The notes under the pieces: model-generated
Database searches by the model: none
Seen by the model: only the letters and a program-made list of their open reading frames with translations
What the model was told of the DNA's origin: nothing
Made by a program: the position numbers and the translations under genes
Assembly: GCA_963797555.1 (NCBI GenBank)
Contig: CAWCPV010000016.1
Coordinates: forward strand, 96,001-160,000
Source of the DNA: an uncultured Gammaproteobacteria bacterium
GTDB lineage: Bacteria > Pseudomonadota > Gammaproteobacteria > CAWCPV01
Direction of reading: 5' to 3'
DNA length: 64,000 nucleotides
Shown here: positions 1 to 11,463 of the stretch, one piece after another
How the letters are laid out: each line of letters opens with the position of its first letter
How positions within the stretch are numbered: position 1 is the stretch's first letter

Positions 1-801
1 ATGGACATCGGGGGGCTAGACATTTCACCGAAGGCGACGCCCTTCGGGTTCTCTGTGCGCCGCTCCGGCGGGCACATGTCGCGCTCGATGATGCTGCCCG
101 AACTCCGGTTACTCTTACCAGCGGTTTCTGCGCATGCCGGCCGCGCCGAATACCGTACCGCAATCATGGAAGACAACGTTCTCGGCAAGCCCACCTTTTC
201 GAGCCGCCGCAAGGCGGAGGAGCATCTGTACGAGCTTTACGGCCTCGATCCGTCTTTGGCCCTGTTCCGAGTACTGAGGCGCTTCGCTGCCGAAGACGCG
301 GATAGCCTGCCGTTGCTTGCTCTGATCTGCGCCTTCTGCCGCGACGCGCAGCTTCGGGCGAGCTTCCCGCTGATCGAAGACCTGAAGCTCGGTGAATTAC
401 TGCCGCGGGAACGGATGGAATCGCACCTGGAGGCTGCCTTTCCCGGGCAGTACAGCGCTAACATGAGGGCCGGACTGGCAAAGAACGTCAACACCACTTG
501 GACCGCGGCGGGACACCTGATCGGCAGGGCCGTCAAGAGAAAGGCAAGACCACAGCCCCGAGTCGCCGCTTCGGCCTATGCCATGTTCGCCGGCTACCTG
601 CTCGGCCTGCGAGGAGAGATTCTGGTCTCCTCCGTCTTCGCCCGACTGGTCGGCGCGGACCCGTCCGTGATCGTTGCCCACCTGTCGACCGCGGCGCGCA
701 ACGGCTGGCTCCGCTTCCGGCACGCTGGCGGGGTGATGGAGATCGACTTCTCGGGCCTGCTGCTCCCCAAAGAAGAGGCGTTACTGCATGGCGCGCATTG
801 A
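1..801 (+). CDS. BrxA-like BREX accessory protein
   Basis: 266-aa ORF overlapping the brxB start, in the brxA position of a brxB-brxC-pglX-pglZ-brxL operon. The call is positional and the true start may lie upstream of the window. Confidence 0.55.
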   Translation: MDIGGLDISPKATPFGFSVRRSGGHMSRSMMLPELRLLLPAVSAHAGRAEYRTAIMEDNVLGKPTFSSRRKAEEHLYELYGLDPSLALFRVLRRFAAEDADSLPLLALICAFCRDAQLRASFPLIEDLKLGELLPRERMESHLEAAFPGQYSANMRAGLAKNVNTTWTAAGHLIGRAVKRKARPQPRVAASAYAMFAGYLLGLRGEILVSSVFARLVGADPSVIVAHLSTAARNGWLRFRHAGGVMEIDFSGLLLPKEEALLHGAH

Positions 802-1348
802 CCAACTCCTGGAGAGCTACCGCCGCCACGTCTCGCTGGCCCCGCGCGGCCACCTCCCGCTCAGCCAACGGGTCTGGTTCGTCGTCTATCCTCCCGAGGA
901 GGAGCGGCGCATGGTGAACCGCATCCCGGAGTTCGAGATCGCAACGCGCGACAAGGGCTGGGGTTGGCGACGCATCGATCTGAAAGGAGCGTTCGCCGAT
1001 TGGATGGACACCTTCGATCCGGAGGAACGCAAGAAGTGCCTCGCCGACCCCGACATCGTCGAGACCTATGCCGATCCCGGCTTTGCCGAGTACCTCGGAG
1101 ATCGGCTGCGGCGCGAGCTGGATTCCGTACCCGAGGCCGACGCCGTGAATACCGTCTTCGCGATATCCGGGCTGATGGACCTGTACGACTTCGCCCACGT
1201 CTCTGCCGTGATCGAGACCCTGGATAGCCACCTGCCAGGCGTCGTTGTCCTGTTCTTCCCAGGGGAGCGCGAGGGCAACACCTATCGCTTTCTCGGCGCC
1301 CGCACGGGCTGGAACTACCTCGCCACCCCGATCCTCGCGGAAGGCTGA
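788..1348 (+). CDS. brxB: BREX protein BrxB (DUF1788)
   Basis: 186 aa with RVWFVVYPPEEER and FFPGEREGNTYRFLGARTGWNYLA motifs, directly upstream of brxC. Confidence 0.85.
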   Translation: MARIDQLLESYRRHVSLAPRGHLPLSQRVWFVVYPPEEERRMVNRIPEFEIATRDKGWGWRRIDLKGAFADWMDTFDPEERKKCLADPDIVETYADPGFAEYLGDRLRRELDSVPEADAVNTVFAISGLMDLYDFAHVSAVIETLDSHLPGVVVLFFPGEREGNTYRFLGARTGWNYLATPILAEG

Positions 1349-1350
1349 AC

Positions 1351-4300
1351 ATGAAGACCCGAGAGCTGTTCCTGAAAGACCCGCTGACCTGGCAGATCGC
1401 CAACGAAGGCGTTTCCAGCAACAACGTGGAAGACCTCGACACGCTGCGCTACGAGCTGGAAACCTTCGTCTGCCAGGGCGAATACCGCTCAGGTCTTGCC
1501 AAGATCCTCCAGGGCTATCTGGACAATCTCGGGAAAGAGCAGAAGGCGGCCTGGGTCAGCGGCTTCTACGGCAGCGGCAAATCGCACCTGGTCAAGGTCC
1601 TGCGCTACCTCTGGACCGATTTTCCCCTCGCCCGGCGGTATCACCGCGCGCACCCTGGCAACCCTGCCCGAAGACATCACGGATCTGCTGAAAGAGCTGA
1701 GCACCCGCGGAAAACAAGGAGTCGGTCTGCACAGCGCGGGCGGCACCATGAAGGCGGGCGTCGGCAGTGTGCGCCTGCGCCTCCTCGGCATCGTCCTGCT
1801 TTCCGTGCGGCTGCCCGAGAACCTGTCTCTGGCCCGTCTGCAGATGGACCTGCGCGACGACGGCAAGCTGGACGACCTGCGCGACCGCATCGGCCAGGCG
1901 GGCAAGGACCCGGCCACCGAGCTGGGTAGGTTCTATACCTCGCAGGCGCTGCAAGAAGCCTATCTGGCAAGCTATCCCCACCTGGGCGACATCGCGAACG
2001 TCAGTCAGGCGCTGCGCGCCCAGTATCCCCCCAAGGTCGACGACATCAGCATCGACCAAATGCTCGCCATCGTCCGCCGCGCCCTCGCCAGGGAACGGCC
2101 AGCTTCCGTGCACCGTGGTGGTGTTGGACGAGGTCCAGAGTTTCATCAACAACAACCCCGACATCGCCCACGACGTGCAGGAGGTGGTGGAGGCCCTCTC
2201 CAAGGAGCTGGACGGCCGCGTGCTGGTGGTCGGCACCGGCCAGAGCGCACTGACAGACACTCCCACCTTGCAGCGCCTCATGGGACGGTTCACCACCAAG
2301 GTCCACTTGAAGGACAACGATGTCGAGAAGGTCGTGCGTACCGTCGTCCTGCAGAAGAAGGAGCAGGCCAAGGGGGCGATCGAGGATCTGTTCTCCAAGC
2401 GCTCGGGCGAGATTGCCCGGCAGCTCAAGGCCACGCGCATCGCCACGCGGGCGGAGGACGACGCGAGCTATGTTCCGGACTACCCGCTGCTGCCCGTGCG
2501 GCGCCGTTTCTGGGAGGAGGTCCTGCACAGTTGCGATCCGAGCGGCACCGCGGCGCAAATGCGTACCCAACTGCGCGTCACCCACGAGGCGTGCCGCTCG
2601 GTGGCGGACAGCCCCTTGGGCGCCATCATCCCCGCGGACTTCATCTACGACCAGCAGGCCAACGAGCTGGTCATTTCGGGCGAGCTTCAGAAGCGCTTCC
2701 AGGAGATCATCGAGGAGCAGAAGAGCCGTCGGGACGACGGCGCGCTGCGCAGCCGCATCTGCGCCCTGGTCTTCCTCGTCAACAAGCTGCCCCGCGACGG
2801 GGCCGACATCGGTGTGCGTGCCACCCCGGAGCACTTGGCCGACCTGCTCACCGACGACCTCGGCGACTCGGCCACCGACCTGCGCGCCAAGGTGCCCGGA
2901 CTGGTGCAGGATCTGGTCAACGACGGCGTCCTGATGGAGATCGAGGGCGAATACCACCTCCAGACCACGGAGGGCGCCGCCTGGGAGTCGGAGTTCCGGC
3001 GCCGGCGCGCTTCGCTCCTGAACAACGAGCCGCAGATTGCCGCCGAGCGCGGTCGGCTGCTCTCCAAGGCCATCCAGACCGAGCTGGCCGGCGTCAACGT
3101 GCTGCACGGCGCGGCCAAGGTGAAGCGCAAGGTTGCCCTGCACCACGGCATGGCCCCCCCGCCGGCCACGGACGACCTGGCCGTCTGGGTGCGCGACGGC
3201 TTCCAGGAGTCCGAGAGCGCCGTCATCCAGGATATTCGGAGCCGCAGCGTCGAGGACGCCACCATCCACGTCCTGGTCCCCAAGACCAAGGCCGACCTCC
3301 TGAAGAACGCCCTGGCCTCTGCGATCGCCGCCGAAGAGACCCTGAACTTCAAGGGCCAGCCCAGTGGCGACGAAGGCAAGGAAGCACGCAAGGGCATGGT
3401 CAGCCGGCAGGCGCGCGAGGAAGGCAAAGTCCAATCGCTGATCGCGGACATCGTCGGCGGCGCCCGGCTGTTCCTCTCCGGCGGGCAGGAGCTGCCGCCA
3501 AGCACCCTCGCGGAAGCCGTCGAGGATGCCGCGAAGGACGTGCTCGCCCGGCTGTATCCTCAGTTCCACGTCGCCGACTCGGCCAACTGGCCCACCGTCT
3601 GGAAGAAGGCCAAGGAAGGCAACCCCGGCGCACTGGAGGCCGTCAATCATCCTGGCGACCCCCACAAGCACCCCGTCACCGCGGCCATCATCGGCTACGT
3701 CGGCGCCGGCAAGAAGGGCTCGGAGATCGTCTCCCACTTCACCGGCGGCAGCTTCGGCTGGCCCAAGGACGCGGTCGATGCATGCATCGCCGTGCTCATG
3801 GTCAGCGGCCACCTCGGCGCCCGTATCCAGGGCCAGCCGGTCAAGCTCGCCGATCTGGACCAACGGAGGATCGGCCAGGCGGACTTCCGGGTCGAGCATC
3901 CGGTCCTCACGGCCGCCCAGAAGCTCAAGATCAAGAAGCTGTTCCAGGCCGCCGGCTACAAGTTCCAGCCCGGTGACGAGGCGGGTGCCGCACCCGGGTT
4001 CGTAGCTCGCTGAAGCAACTGGCACAGGCGGCCGGGGGTGACCCGCCGGCACCCGCCGCACCCCATTCCCCGGCGATCACGGCCCTGGAGGGTCTTACCG
4101 GCAACGACCTGCTGTTCGGGCTCCACGAGAACGCCGACGACCTCACCCAGGCCATCGCCGACTGGAAGGCCACGGCCGGCAAAATCGCGCAGCGCTTGCC
4201 CGCATTCGCCCTGGCCGAGCAGTTGGTCGAACAGGCGGCCGGCATCGACGGCATGGACGCCCAGGCGCCCACCCTGGCGGCCATCCGCATCAACCGCTCC

Positions 4301-4766
4301 GTGTTGGACGAGCCGGACCCGAGCGCGAGCGTCCTCAAGGCCGTCGGCACGGCGCTGCGCGCCGCGTTATCGGGCGTCCACGGGCACTACAGCGCCACCC
4401 TGGCTGCCGAGCAGTCCAAGCTCGATGCCCATCCCGCCTGGCAGGCCCTGCCGGCACCCAAGCGGACCGAGCTGCTCCAATCCGCGGGCATCACTGCCCT
4501 GCCCTCGCCGGCCACGCACTCCGACGACGAGCTGCTGACGCCCTGAAGGGCCGAGACCTGTCGGCCTGGCGGACCCTCGCCGACGCCTTGCCGACCCGCT
4601 TCGCCTATGCTTTGGCGACGGCCATCAGGGAGGCCGAGCCCAAGGCCCGGCGCATCAGCCTGCCGGGCGCGACCATCCATAGCACCAGGCGGAGCTGGAG
4701 GAATGGCTGGACCAGGCGCGGGCGGAGATAGAGGCGGCGCTGGCCGGGGGGCCGGTGATCTTATGA
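1351..4766 (+). CDS. brxC: BREX P-loop ATPase BrxC (frameshifted)
   Basis: Walker A WVSGFYGSGKSH, Walker B VVVLDEVQ, YPLLP and GWPKDAVDA. Split over about 6 frames (shifts near 1630, 2090, 4005, 4540, 4685). Ends GPVIL-TGA at 4766. Confidence 0.9.
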
Positions 4767-4825
4767 GAGGTTTGTGCTAGGTCTGTGCTCTCGATTCATC
4801 CTACTAACTGCGGTTTTTAGGTTTT

Positions 4826-5008
4826 GCTATACCCGTCAGCAGGGCGGTGACATGCTGATCGTCGAGGACGTGCCCTGCATCCAGTGCGACTACTGCGGCG
4901 AGGAGTACTCGAGATCGATACCCTGAAGAGGATCGAGGCCGATCACGCTGCGCTGCTCGCGCGCCAGAAGCGCCCGAGCCGCACCCTTCATGTGCGGTGG
5001 AAGACTAG
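4826..5008 (+). pseudogene. YgiT-type zinc-finger (MqsA-like antitoxin) fragment
   Basis: Translates LIVEDVPCIQCDYCGEEY then IDTLKRIE across a frameshift. N-terminus missing. Confidence 0.6.
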
Positions 5009-5084
5009 GGTGTTGTAGGGCGTGACGTCGCACGCGGGGGAGGGGGGCATGAAAGACCAGGCGAATTGGGCTTCGCCAATTACC

Positions 5085-5387
5085 TCATGCCTCGCGCGGT
5101 CTGACCTCGCTCGCAATGGCCGCGCCGAGATCCCGCTCGGCCACCTTCAAGTCATAGCTGGCCTGGAGGTTCAGCCAGGACTGGGCATCGCCGCCGAAAT
5201 AGCGCGCCAGCCGCAAGGCCGTGTCCGGAGTCACGGCCCGCCGCTCCTTGACGATCTCATGCAGCCGTGTAGCTGGCACACGCAGGGCCTGGGCCAGCGC
5301 GTTTACACTTAGGTTCAACGGCGCCAGGAAATCCTCCCGCAGGATCTCACCCGGGTGCACCGGGCGCATGCGATTGATGGGTGTCAT
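5085..5387 (-). CDS. higA: HigA family addiction-module antitoxin
   Basis: HPGEILREDFL, HTH region, ALRLARYFG and WLNLQASYDL. Confidence 0.9.
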   Translation of the reverse strand: MTPINRMRPVHPGEILREDFLAPLNLSVNALAQALRVPATRLHEIVKERRAVTPDTALRLARYFGGDAQSWLNLQASYDLKVAERDLGAAIASEVRPREA

Positions 5388-5400
5388 GGGGGTAACCTCT

Positions 5401-5445
5401 TCAGTGGTAATCGACGATCTCCACCTCATACGCATCGGTGGACAT
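5401..5445 (-). pseudogene. higB: HigB toxin C-terminal remnant
   Basis: Reverse strand reads DAYEVEIVDYH-stop immediately upstream of higA, the typical HigB C-terminus. The rest of the gene is absent. Confidence 0.7.
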
Positions 5446-5653
5446 GATAACCCGCGACGTAATACGCCAAGCGTTAGATTTGCTCATGCGCTTGAAACCG
5501 GGCAATCCGGTCGAATGACCATCGGGTCCGATGGAACCAATCAGGCCGGGCGCCCCTCGCGGCGTGGCCCCTCAGATTCTAGTCGGACTGGAAGCTGTGC
5601 GTCCCTTGTACTAACATTCTTGGCTGTCTTTCGATCACACCCAAAGGTGCGCC

Positions 5654-5956
5654 ATGACATCCACTTCGACCACATCTCCGCCTCGCGCGCCGCGCTCTGC
5701 CCGCCTGGGTCTCCGCGCCACGCCGGAGCAAGAGCGTGTGCTGCGCCGCGCCGCGGACGTCGCCCACAAGTCCCTGACCGACTTCATTCTGGAGAGCGCC
5801 TGCCAGGCGGCGGAGCAAACGCTGATCGACCAGCGGCTGTTCGTCGTCTCCGGCGATCAAGCCCAATCCCTCCTGGACCTGCTGGAGCGGCCCGCCGAGG
5901 ACAACGCGGGCCTGCGCGACCTGTTTTCCCGTCCGGAGCCCTGGGAGACGCGATGA
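5654..5956 (+). CDS. DUF1778 (TacA-like RHH) antitoxin
   Basis: RSARLGLRATPEQERVLRRAA and SLTDFILESACQAAE. ATGA overlap with the GNAT gene. Confidence 0.88.
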   Translation: MTSTSTTSPPRAPRSARLGLRATPEQERVLRRAADVAHKSLTDFILESACQAAEQTLIDQRLFVVSGDQAQSLLDLLERPAEDNAGLRDLFSRPEPWETR

Positions 5957-6456
5957 GCCTCCGCCCGCCGGAGCCGTTGCATGCGGACCACCGCATCGAC
6001 GCCTTCGACTGCGGCAAGCCGGCCCTCGATATCTGGCTAACCCGCTACGCGCGCCAAGCCCAGGCCAGCGGGTCGGCCAAGACCTTCATCGTCAGCGATG
6101 GCGACCAAGTGGCCGGCTACTACAGCCTGACGGTGGGGCAGGTGGATACCGCCGATGCCTCGCCGCGGTTGAGCAAGGGCATGGGCCGCCACCCGATTCC
6201 GGTCGTCATCCTGGCCCGGCTGGCGGTATCCACCCGCTACCAGGGCCGGGGTATCGGCACCGCGATGCTGCGCGACGCCATCCGCCGCACCCTCGCCATC
6301 GCCGAGCAGGCCGGCATCCGCGCCCTTCTGACACACCCCATCGACGACGCCGCGGCGCGTTTCTACCAGCGTTTCGGATTCAGGTCGTCGCCGCTCCGCG
6401 AGCAGCAATGGCTGCTGCTGCTCAAGGACGCCCGCCGCGTGCTCAAGGGCGAATAG
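5953..6456 (+). CDS. GNAT acetyltransferase toxin (TacT/AtaT-like)
   Basis: FDCGKPALD, GYYSL, PVVILARLAVS, QGRGIG acetyl-CoA motif and FYQRFGF. Confidence 0.9.
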   Translation: MSLRPPEPLHADHRIDAFDCGKPALDIWLTRYARQAQASGSAKTFIVSDGDQVAGYYSLTVGQVDTADASPRLSKGMGRHPIPVVILARLAVSTRYQGRGIGTAMLRDAIRRTLAIAEQAGIRALLTHPIDDAAARFYQRFGFRSSPLREQQWLLLLKDARRVLKGE

Positions 6457-6486
6457 ACCAATCACCGTACCGGCAAGGACCCCGCT

Positions 6487-9400
6487 ATGTCCGCCTCCCT
6501 GACCAAGGGCCAGCGGAACCTCCTCGCCCGCGTCACCCTGGAGGCGCGCGAGGTTGCCGAGACCGCCGCCCGCGCCGCACTGGAGAACCTCGCCGTCCAC
6601 GAGCAGGAGTACCGCGGCCACATGACGGTGGACCAACGCCTGCTGCGCAACCGGCTGAGGGCCCGCGGGCGCGCCCTGGGCGACCGGCTGGACCCGCGCA
6701 CCGGCACCCAGGCCATCGACCACCTCGCGGAGTCCGCGGCCTACGAGCACTGGCACCGGCTCCTCTTCACCCGTTTCCTGGCCGAGAACCACCTGCTGCA
6801 CACCGACGAGGCCCTCGGAACCGTGCCGGTCACCCTGGAGGAGTGCGACGAGCTGGCCGCGGAACTGGGCGCCCGCGACGGCTTCGAGCTGGCCTGCCGC
6901 TTCGCCTCCCAGACCCTGCCCGGCGTCTTCCGCCGCGACGACCCCGTGCTGGAGCTGCGCCTGGCGCCCAATCACGAGGTGCAGCTTCGCCGGCTGCTGG
7001 ACCAGCTCCCACCCGAAGTGTTCCGCGCCGACGACGCCCTGGGCTGGACCTACCAGTTCTGGCAGGCCAAGCGCAAGGAGCAGATCAACAGGTCCGGGGT
7101 CAAGATCGGCGCCGACGAGCTGCCCGCCGTCACCCAGCTCTTCACCGAGGACTACATGGTGGAGTTCCTGCTCCACAACAGCCTCGGCGCCTGGTGGGCG
7201 GGCCGCCGGGCGGCAGTGGACAGTGGCCAGTTGTCAGTGGCCAGTTGCCCCACCGAGGCCGATGCACGGCGGGCGGTTTCACTTCCCACGAAAGATGGGC
7301 TCCCGGGAATCGACTGGACCTACCTTCGCTTCGCCCGCTCCGACGCCGATGCGGAAAACGCAGCCCCGGACTCTCTGACCACCGATCACCGATCACCGGT
7401 CACTGCTCATTGGCGCCCCGCCGCCGGCACCTTCGACGGCTGGCCCAGGCATGCCGCCGAGATCCGCTTCCTGGACCCCTGCATGGGCAGCGGCCATTTC
7501 CTGGTCTTCGCCCTGCCGATCCTGGCGCGGCTGCGGGTGGAAGAGGAAGGGCTCGCGGCGGCCGAGGCCGTCGCCGCCGTGCTGCGGGACAACCTGCACG
7601 GGTTGGAGATCGACGAGCGGTGCACGCAGATCGCGGCGTTCAATGTGGCGCTGACAGCGTGGCGGCTCGGTGGGTACCAGGCCGTTGCCGCCGCTGCACC
7701 TGGCCTGCTCCGGACTCGCGCCCACACCACGCGCGGACGCGCGGCGAGTCTACCGGTGCCGCCTGAGCGCGATCTGCCGGCTCCGAAGAGACCGTCTTTA
7801 CGGCCCCAAGGCCGGCATGGAGCGACTCTACGACCTGTTCAAAAGGCGCGCCGGTTCTGGGCAGCCTCATCAATCCCCGGGACCTGGGCAGCGACCTGTT
7901 CGACTGCCGAGTTTCACCATCTGCAGCCGCTGCTTGGAGAAGGCGCTGGCGCGAGAGGCCAGCGACATGACCCGCACGAGCTGGCCGTCACAGCACAGGG
8001 GGTGGCCAAGGCGGCGGAGATCCTGGCCGGCGCGGTTCCACCTCGTGGTCACCAACGTGCCCTATCTGGCCCGCGGGAAACAGTCGGACAACCTCAAGCA
8101 ACACTGTGAAGTCCGCTACCCGAGCGCCGAGAACGACCTCGCGAACTTGCTTCCTGGAGCGCTGTCTCGCATTCGCTGAGGAGTGCCGGCGTCCCGCCTG
8201 CGTTTCGCGGACCGGGACGGCCCGGCCCCACTGGTCGGTACCGTGCAGGTCGTCATGCCGCAGAACTGGCTGTTCCTGACCAGCTACCGCAAGCAGCGCA
8301 AGCGGCTGTTGCGGGAGGCGAGTTGGAATCTGTTGGGGCGGTTGGGCGAAGGCGTTCGAGACCACAAGCGGCGAGGTGGTCAACGATTCTGTTGACCCTG
8401 AGGAACCATCTCGCGCCCGAGGACTTCATGTGGCGGCCTGGATGTCAGCGCCCCGCGTGCGGTCGAGGAGAAGGCCGAAGGTCTGCGAGCGCGGGAGTGG
8501 TGTGAAGTGAGTCAGTGGGGGCAGTTGGGGAATCCAGACGGTGGGATAAGCATTCGATACCACAGTCCGGAAGAGACTACTCAGCGAATACTGCTGATGT
8601 CTGTTCAGGGCATCGCGACAGGCGACGATCCGCATTTACGATCCATATTTTTGGGAGTTAGCCGATCTAGCCAGCATGGGAGTCTGGCATGGTCGGTTGA
8701 AGAAACGCACACTATGGCAGGATTCTCAACGATTGGTGCTCGACGCAGAACGGATTGGCGGCGATACTAGAACAGCTCTCCGCCGGTCCAAGGCCGCAGC
8801 CGTATGGACGCGATCGGACAAGGCGGCAGAGGCTTGGGGAAGAGACGGCGTCGCCGTCGGCCTAATGCGGGACCTTGCCCGCAGCCTGTATGCTGGTGCG
8901 AAGTTCGACACAAACTGTCTGCGCGCTCGTACCGCGCAACCATCGATGACCTCGCCGCCATCTGGTGCTTCTGCTCCTCCCCAGCCTTCAACGAAAGCGT
9001 GCGCCGCATCGATCAAAAGCTCAACGTGACTAATGCCACCCTAGTCAAGGTCCCCTTCGACCTCGCCCACTGGCAAAAGGTCGCCGCCGAGAAATACCCC
9101 CACGGCCTCCCCAAGCCCCACTCCGACGACCCCACCCAATGGCTCTTCAACGGCCACCCCAAGGGCTCGGATCAACCCCTCCAAGTCGCCGTCGCCCGCC
9201 TGCTCGGCTACCGCTGGCCGCGCCAGACCGGCTCCGAGTTCCCCGACTGCCCGGCCCTCGGCCCCGACGGGCTGGAGGACTACGCCGATGCGGACGGTAT
9301 CGTCTGCCTGCCGCCGATCAACAGGGAGCAGCCCGCCGCCGCCCGGCTGCGCAACCTGCTCGCCGCCGCCTTCGGTGCCGACTGGAGCCCCTCCCGCGAG

Positions 9401-10104
9401 CGCGACCTGCTGGCCGCTACGGGCGCCAAGCAGACCAACCTGGAGGACTGGCTGCGGGACGCCTTCTTCGAGCAGCACTGCCGGCTCTTCCACAACCGCC
9501 CCTTCATCTGGCACCTCTGGGACGGCCGCAAGGACGGCTTCCACGCCCTGGTCAATTACCACCGACTCGACCACGCCATGCTCCAGAAGCTCACCTACAG
9601 CTACCTCGGCGACTGGATACGCCAGCAGGAGGCCGACACCAAGGCCGACAAACCCGGCGCCGCCGAGCGCCTCGGCGCCGCGCGCGTCCTCGAGGCCGAA
9701 CTGGTTAAGCATCCTGCAGGGGGAGCCCCCCTACGACATATTCATCCGCTGGAAGCCGCTCAAGGAGCAACCCCTCGGCTGGCAACCCGACCTGAACGAC
9801 GGCGTCCGCCTCAACATCCGCCCTTTCATGTTCGCAAAAGACGTGGGCAAGAAAGGCGCCGGCATTCTCCGCGCCAAGCCCAACATCAAATGGGACAAGG
9901 ACCGCGGCAAAGAGCCCCACCGGGACAGGGCCGACTACCCCTGGTTCTGGCACGACGACCGAGCCGCCCACCGACTGCCCCGGCGGCCCCGAGTTCACTG
10001 GCCACCGCTGGAACAACGTCCACCTCACCCTCGCCCGCAAGCGCGGCGCGCGACAGGGCGCGGGGCGTCCCGCACCGGATCGAGGTCAAGACTCCCGCAA
10101 CTGA
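6487..10104 (+). CDS. pglX: BREX adenine DNA methyltransferase PglX (multiply frameshifted)
   Basis: TQLFTEDYMV, motif I LDPCMGSGHF, motif IV VVTNVPY, RPFIWHLWD and PDLNDGVRLNIRPF. Many frame breaks from about 7.7 to 10 kb, so the end is approximate. Confidence 0.88.
7214..7412. repeat. Complementary heptamer tandem-repeat arms inside pglX
   Basis: CAGTGGA CAGTGGC CAGTTGT CAGTGGC CAGTTGC at 7214-7248. CTCTCTG ACCACCG ATCACCG ATCACCG GTCACTG CTCATTG at 7371-7412 is roughly the reverse-complement unit. Confidence 0.75.
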
Positions 10105-10188
10105 CCATGCGGTTCTGGGATGGCCTGCTGATACCACTTCCTAATATTCAGTGGTATAAGAATGCCGAGACATACATGGAGACCGGAG

Positions 10189-10428
10189 ATGAAGAACACC
10201 AGCGTGACGCTCGGCGCGCACTTCGAGCAATTCATTGCCGAGCAGATTGCCCAAGGGCGCTACGGTTCCGCCAGTGAGGCGGTCCGCGCGGGATTGCGGC
10301 TTCTGGAGGAATACGAGACGAGACTGGCCGCCTTGCGTCAGGCGCTCAAGAACGGCGAAGAAAGCGGTCGGGCCGACTACTCCTTGCAAGGGCTGATCGA
10401 CGAGCTCGACAACGAAAGCACGCACTGA
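10189..10428 (+). CDS. parD: ParD family antitoxin (RHH)
   Basis: MKNTSVTLGAHFEQFI and GRYGSASEAVRAGLRLLEE. Confidence 0.9.
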   Translation: MKNTSVTLGAHFEQFIAEQIAQGRYGSASEAVRAGLRLLEEYETRLAALRQALKNGEESGRADYSLQGLIDELDNESTH

Positions 10429-10760
10429 TGCCGCGGTTCGTGCTGACCAACGCCGCCAAGGCGGACCTCGAGTCCATCGGCCGCTATACGCAAGACAAGT
10501 GGGGCAGGGAGCAGCGCAACCGCTACCTGGCGCTCCTGGACGCGAGCTTTCACGACTTGGCAGGCAATCCGCTCCTAGGACGGGACTGTAGCGACATCCG
10601 CGCCGGCTATCGCCGCTATGGGTTCGGCAAGCACCTTGTCTTCTATCGCCAGAACGACAGCGATCACATCGAGATCGTCCGCATTCTGCATGAACGCATG
10701 GACGCGGAAGGTTCGCCTGTCCGCTTCCTGAACCAGCCCAGACGACCAGCTTGTGCTTAA
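10428..10760 (+). CDS. parE: ParE/RelE family toxin
   Basis: AAKADLESIGRYT, WGREQ, KHLVFY and IEIVRILHERMD. Coupled to parD. Confidence 0.9.
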   Translation: MPRFVLTNAAKADLESIGRYTQDKWGREQRNRYLALLDASFHDLAGNPLLGRDCSDIRAGYRRYGFGKHLVFYRQNDSDHIEIVRILHERMDAEGSPVRFLNQPRRPACA

Positions 10761-10816
10761 GCAAGGGAGGCGCGCTAGACTTCACGCAAGGTCAGACACA
10801 TTCAAAGGTGCATAGA

Positions 10817-11047
10817 ATGCGAGCCAACATCGTGCTGGACGAAGCGCTGGTCACGGAGGCCATGCGCTACGCCAATGTGAAGACCAAGCGGGAGCTGGTG
10901 GATCGGGCGCTGCGGGAGTTCGTCGCCGCGCGGCGCCGCCGCGATGTCTCGGATCTGTTCGGCAGGGTGCAGATCGATCCGGATTACGACTACAGGGCGG
11001 ACCGCGCAGCACTGAGGCCGTTAGACGAAGTTGGCGGCAGGCGATAG
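10817..11047 (+). CDS. VapB-type antitoxin (no partner toxin)
   Basis: MRANIVLDEALVTEAM, TKRELVDRALREFV and DPDYDY. Confidence 0.75.
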   Translation: MRANIVLDEALVTEAMRYANVKTKRELVDRALREFVAARRRRDVSDLFGRVQIDPDYDYRADRAALRPLDEVGGRR

Positions 11048-11199
11048 AGCTTGCGACGCGGCTCTGAGTGAAGCCGTCCTCGACCGTCCGACCGACAGGC
11101 TGCGCAAAGCGGCCATGTACAACCGTCTCGGCCTCGCGGCCCGGTCCGTGGTTTAAGATCGCCACCACTCGCTCACGCAACGATTGGGAGCCACCCCCC

Positions 11200-11463
11200 A
11201 TGAACGCCGCACCTGGCTCGATCACTCCCCTCGAATACCTGGAAGGCCGCATCACCGTCCATCCGGACATCTGTAACGGGCATCCGACCATCCGCGGCAT
11301 GCGGATCACGGTCGAGACAGTTCTCGGTTTCCTGAGCGCCGGCGATTCCCAGGCGGACATCCTGCGCCAGTACCCGTCGCTGGAGCCGGCGGACATCGAC
11401 GCCTGCCTGCGCTTCGCCGCCGACTTGATGGCCCATCGTTACACCCTGCAAAGCGTGGGCTGA
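11200..11463 (+). CDS. DUF433 antitoxin-like protein
   Basis: RITVHPDICNGHPTIRGMRITVETVL and YPSLEPADIDACLRFAA. Confidence 0.88.
   Translation: MNAAPGSITPLEYLEGRITVHPDICNGHPTIRGMRITVETVLGFLSAGDSQADILRQYPSLEPADIDACLRFAADLMAHRYTLQSVG

Noticed and set aside
4803-4822. IS end after brxC (CTAACTGCGGTTTTTAGG)
   Set aside because: It looks like an element terminus, but no partner repeat, target duplication or transposase could be found.
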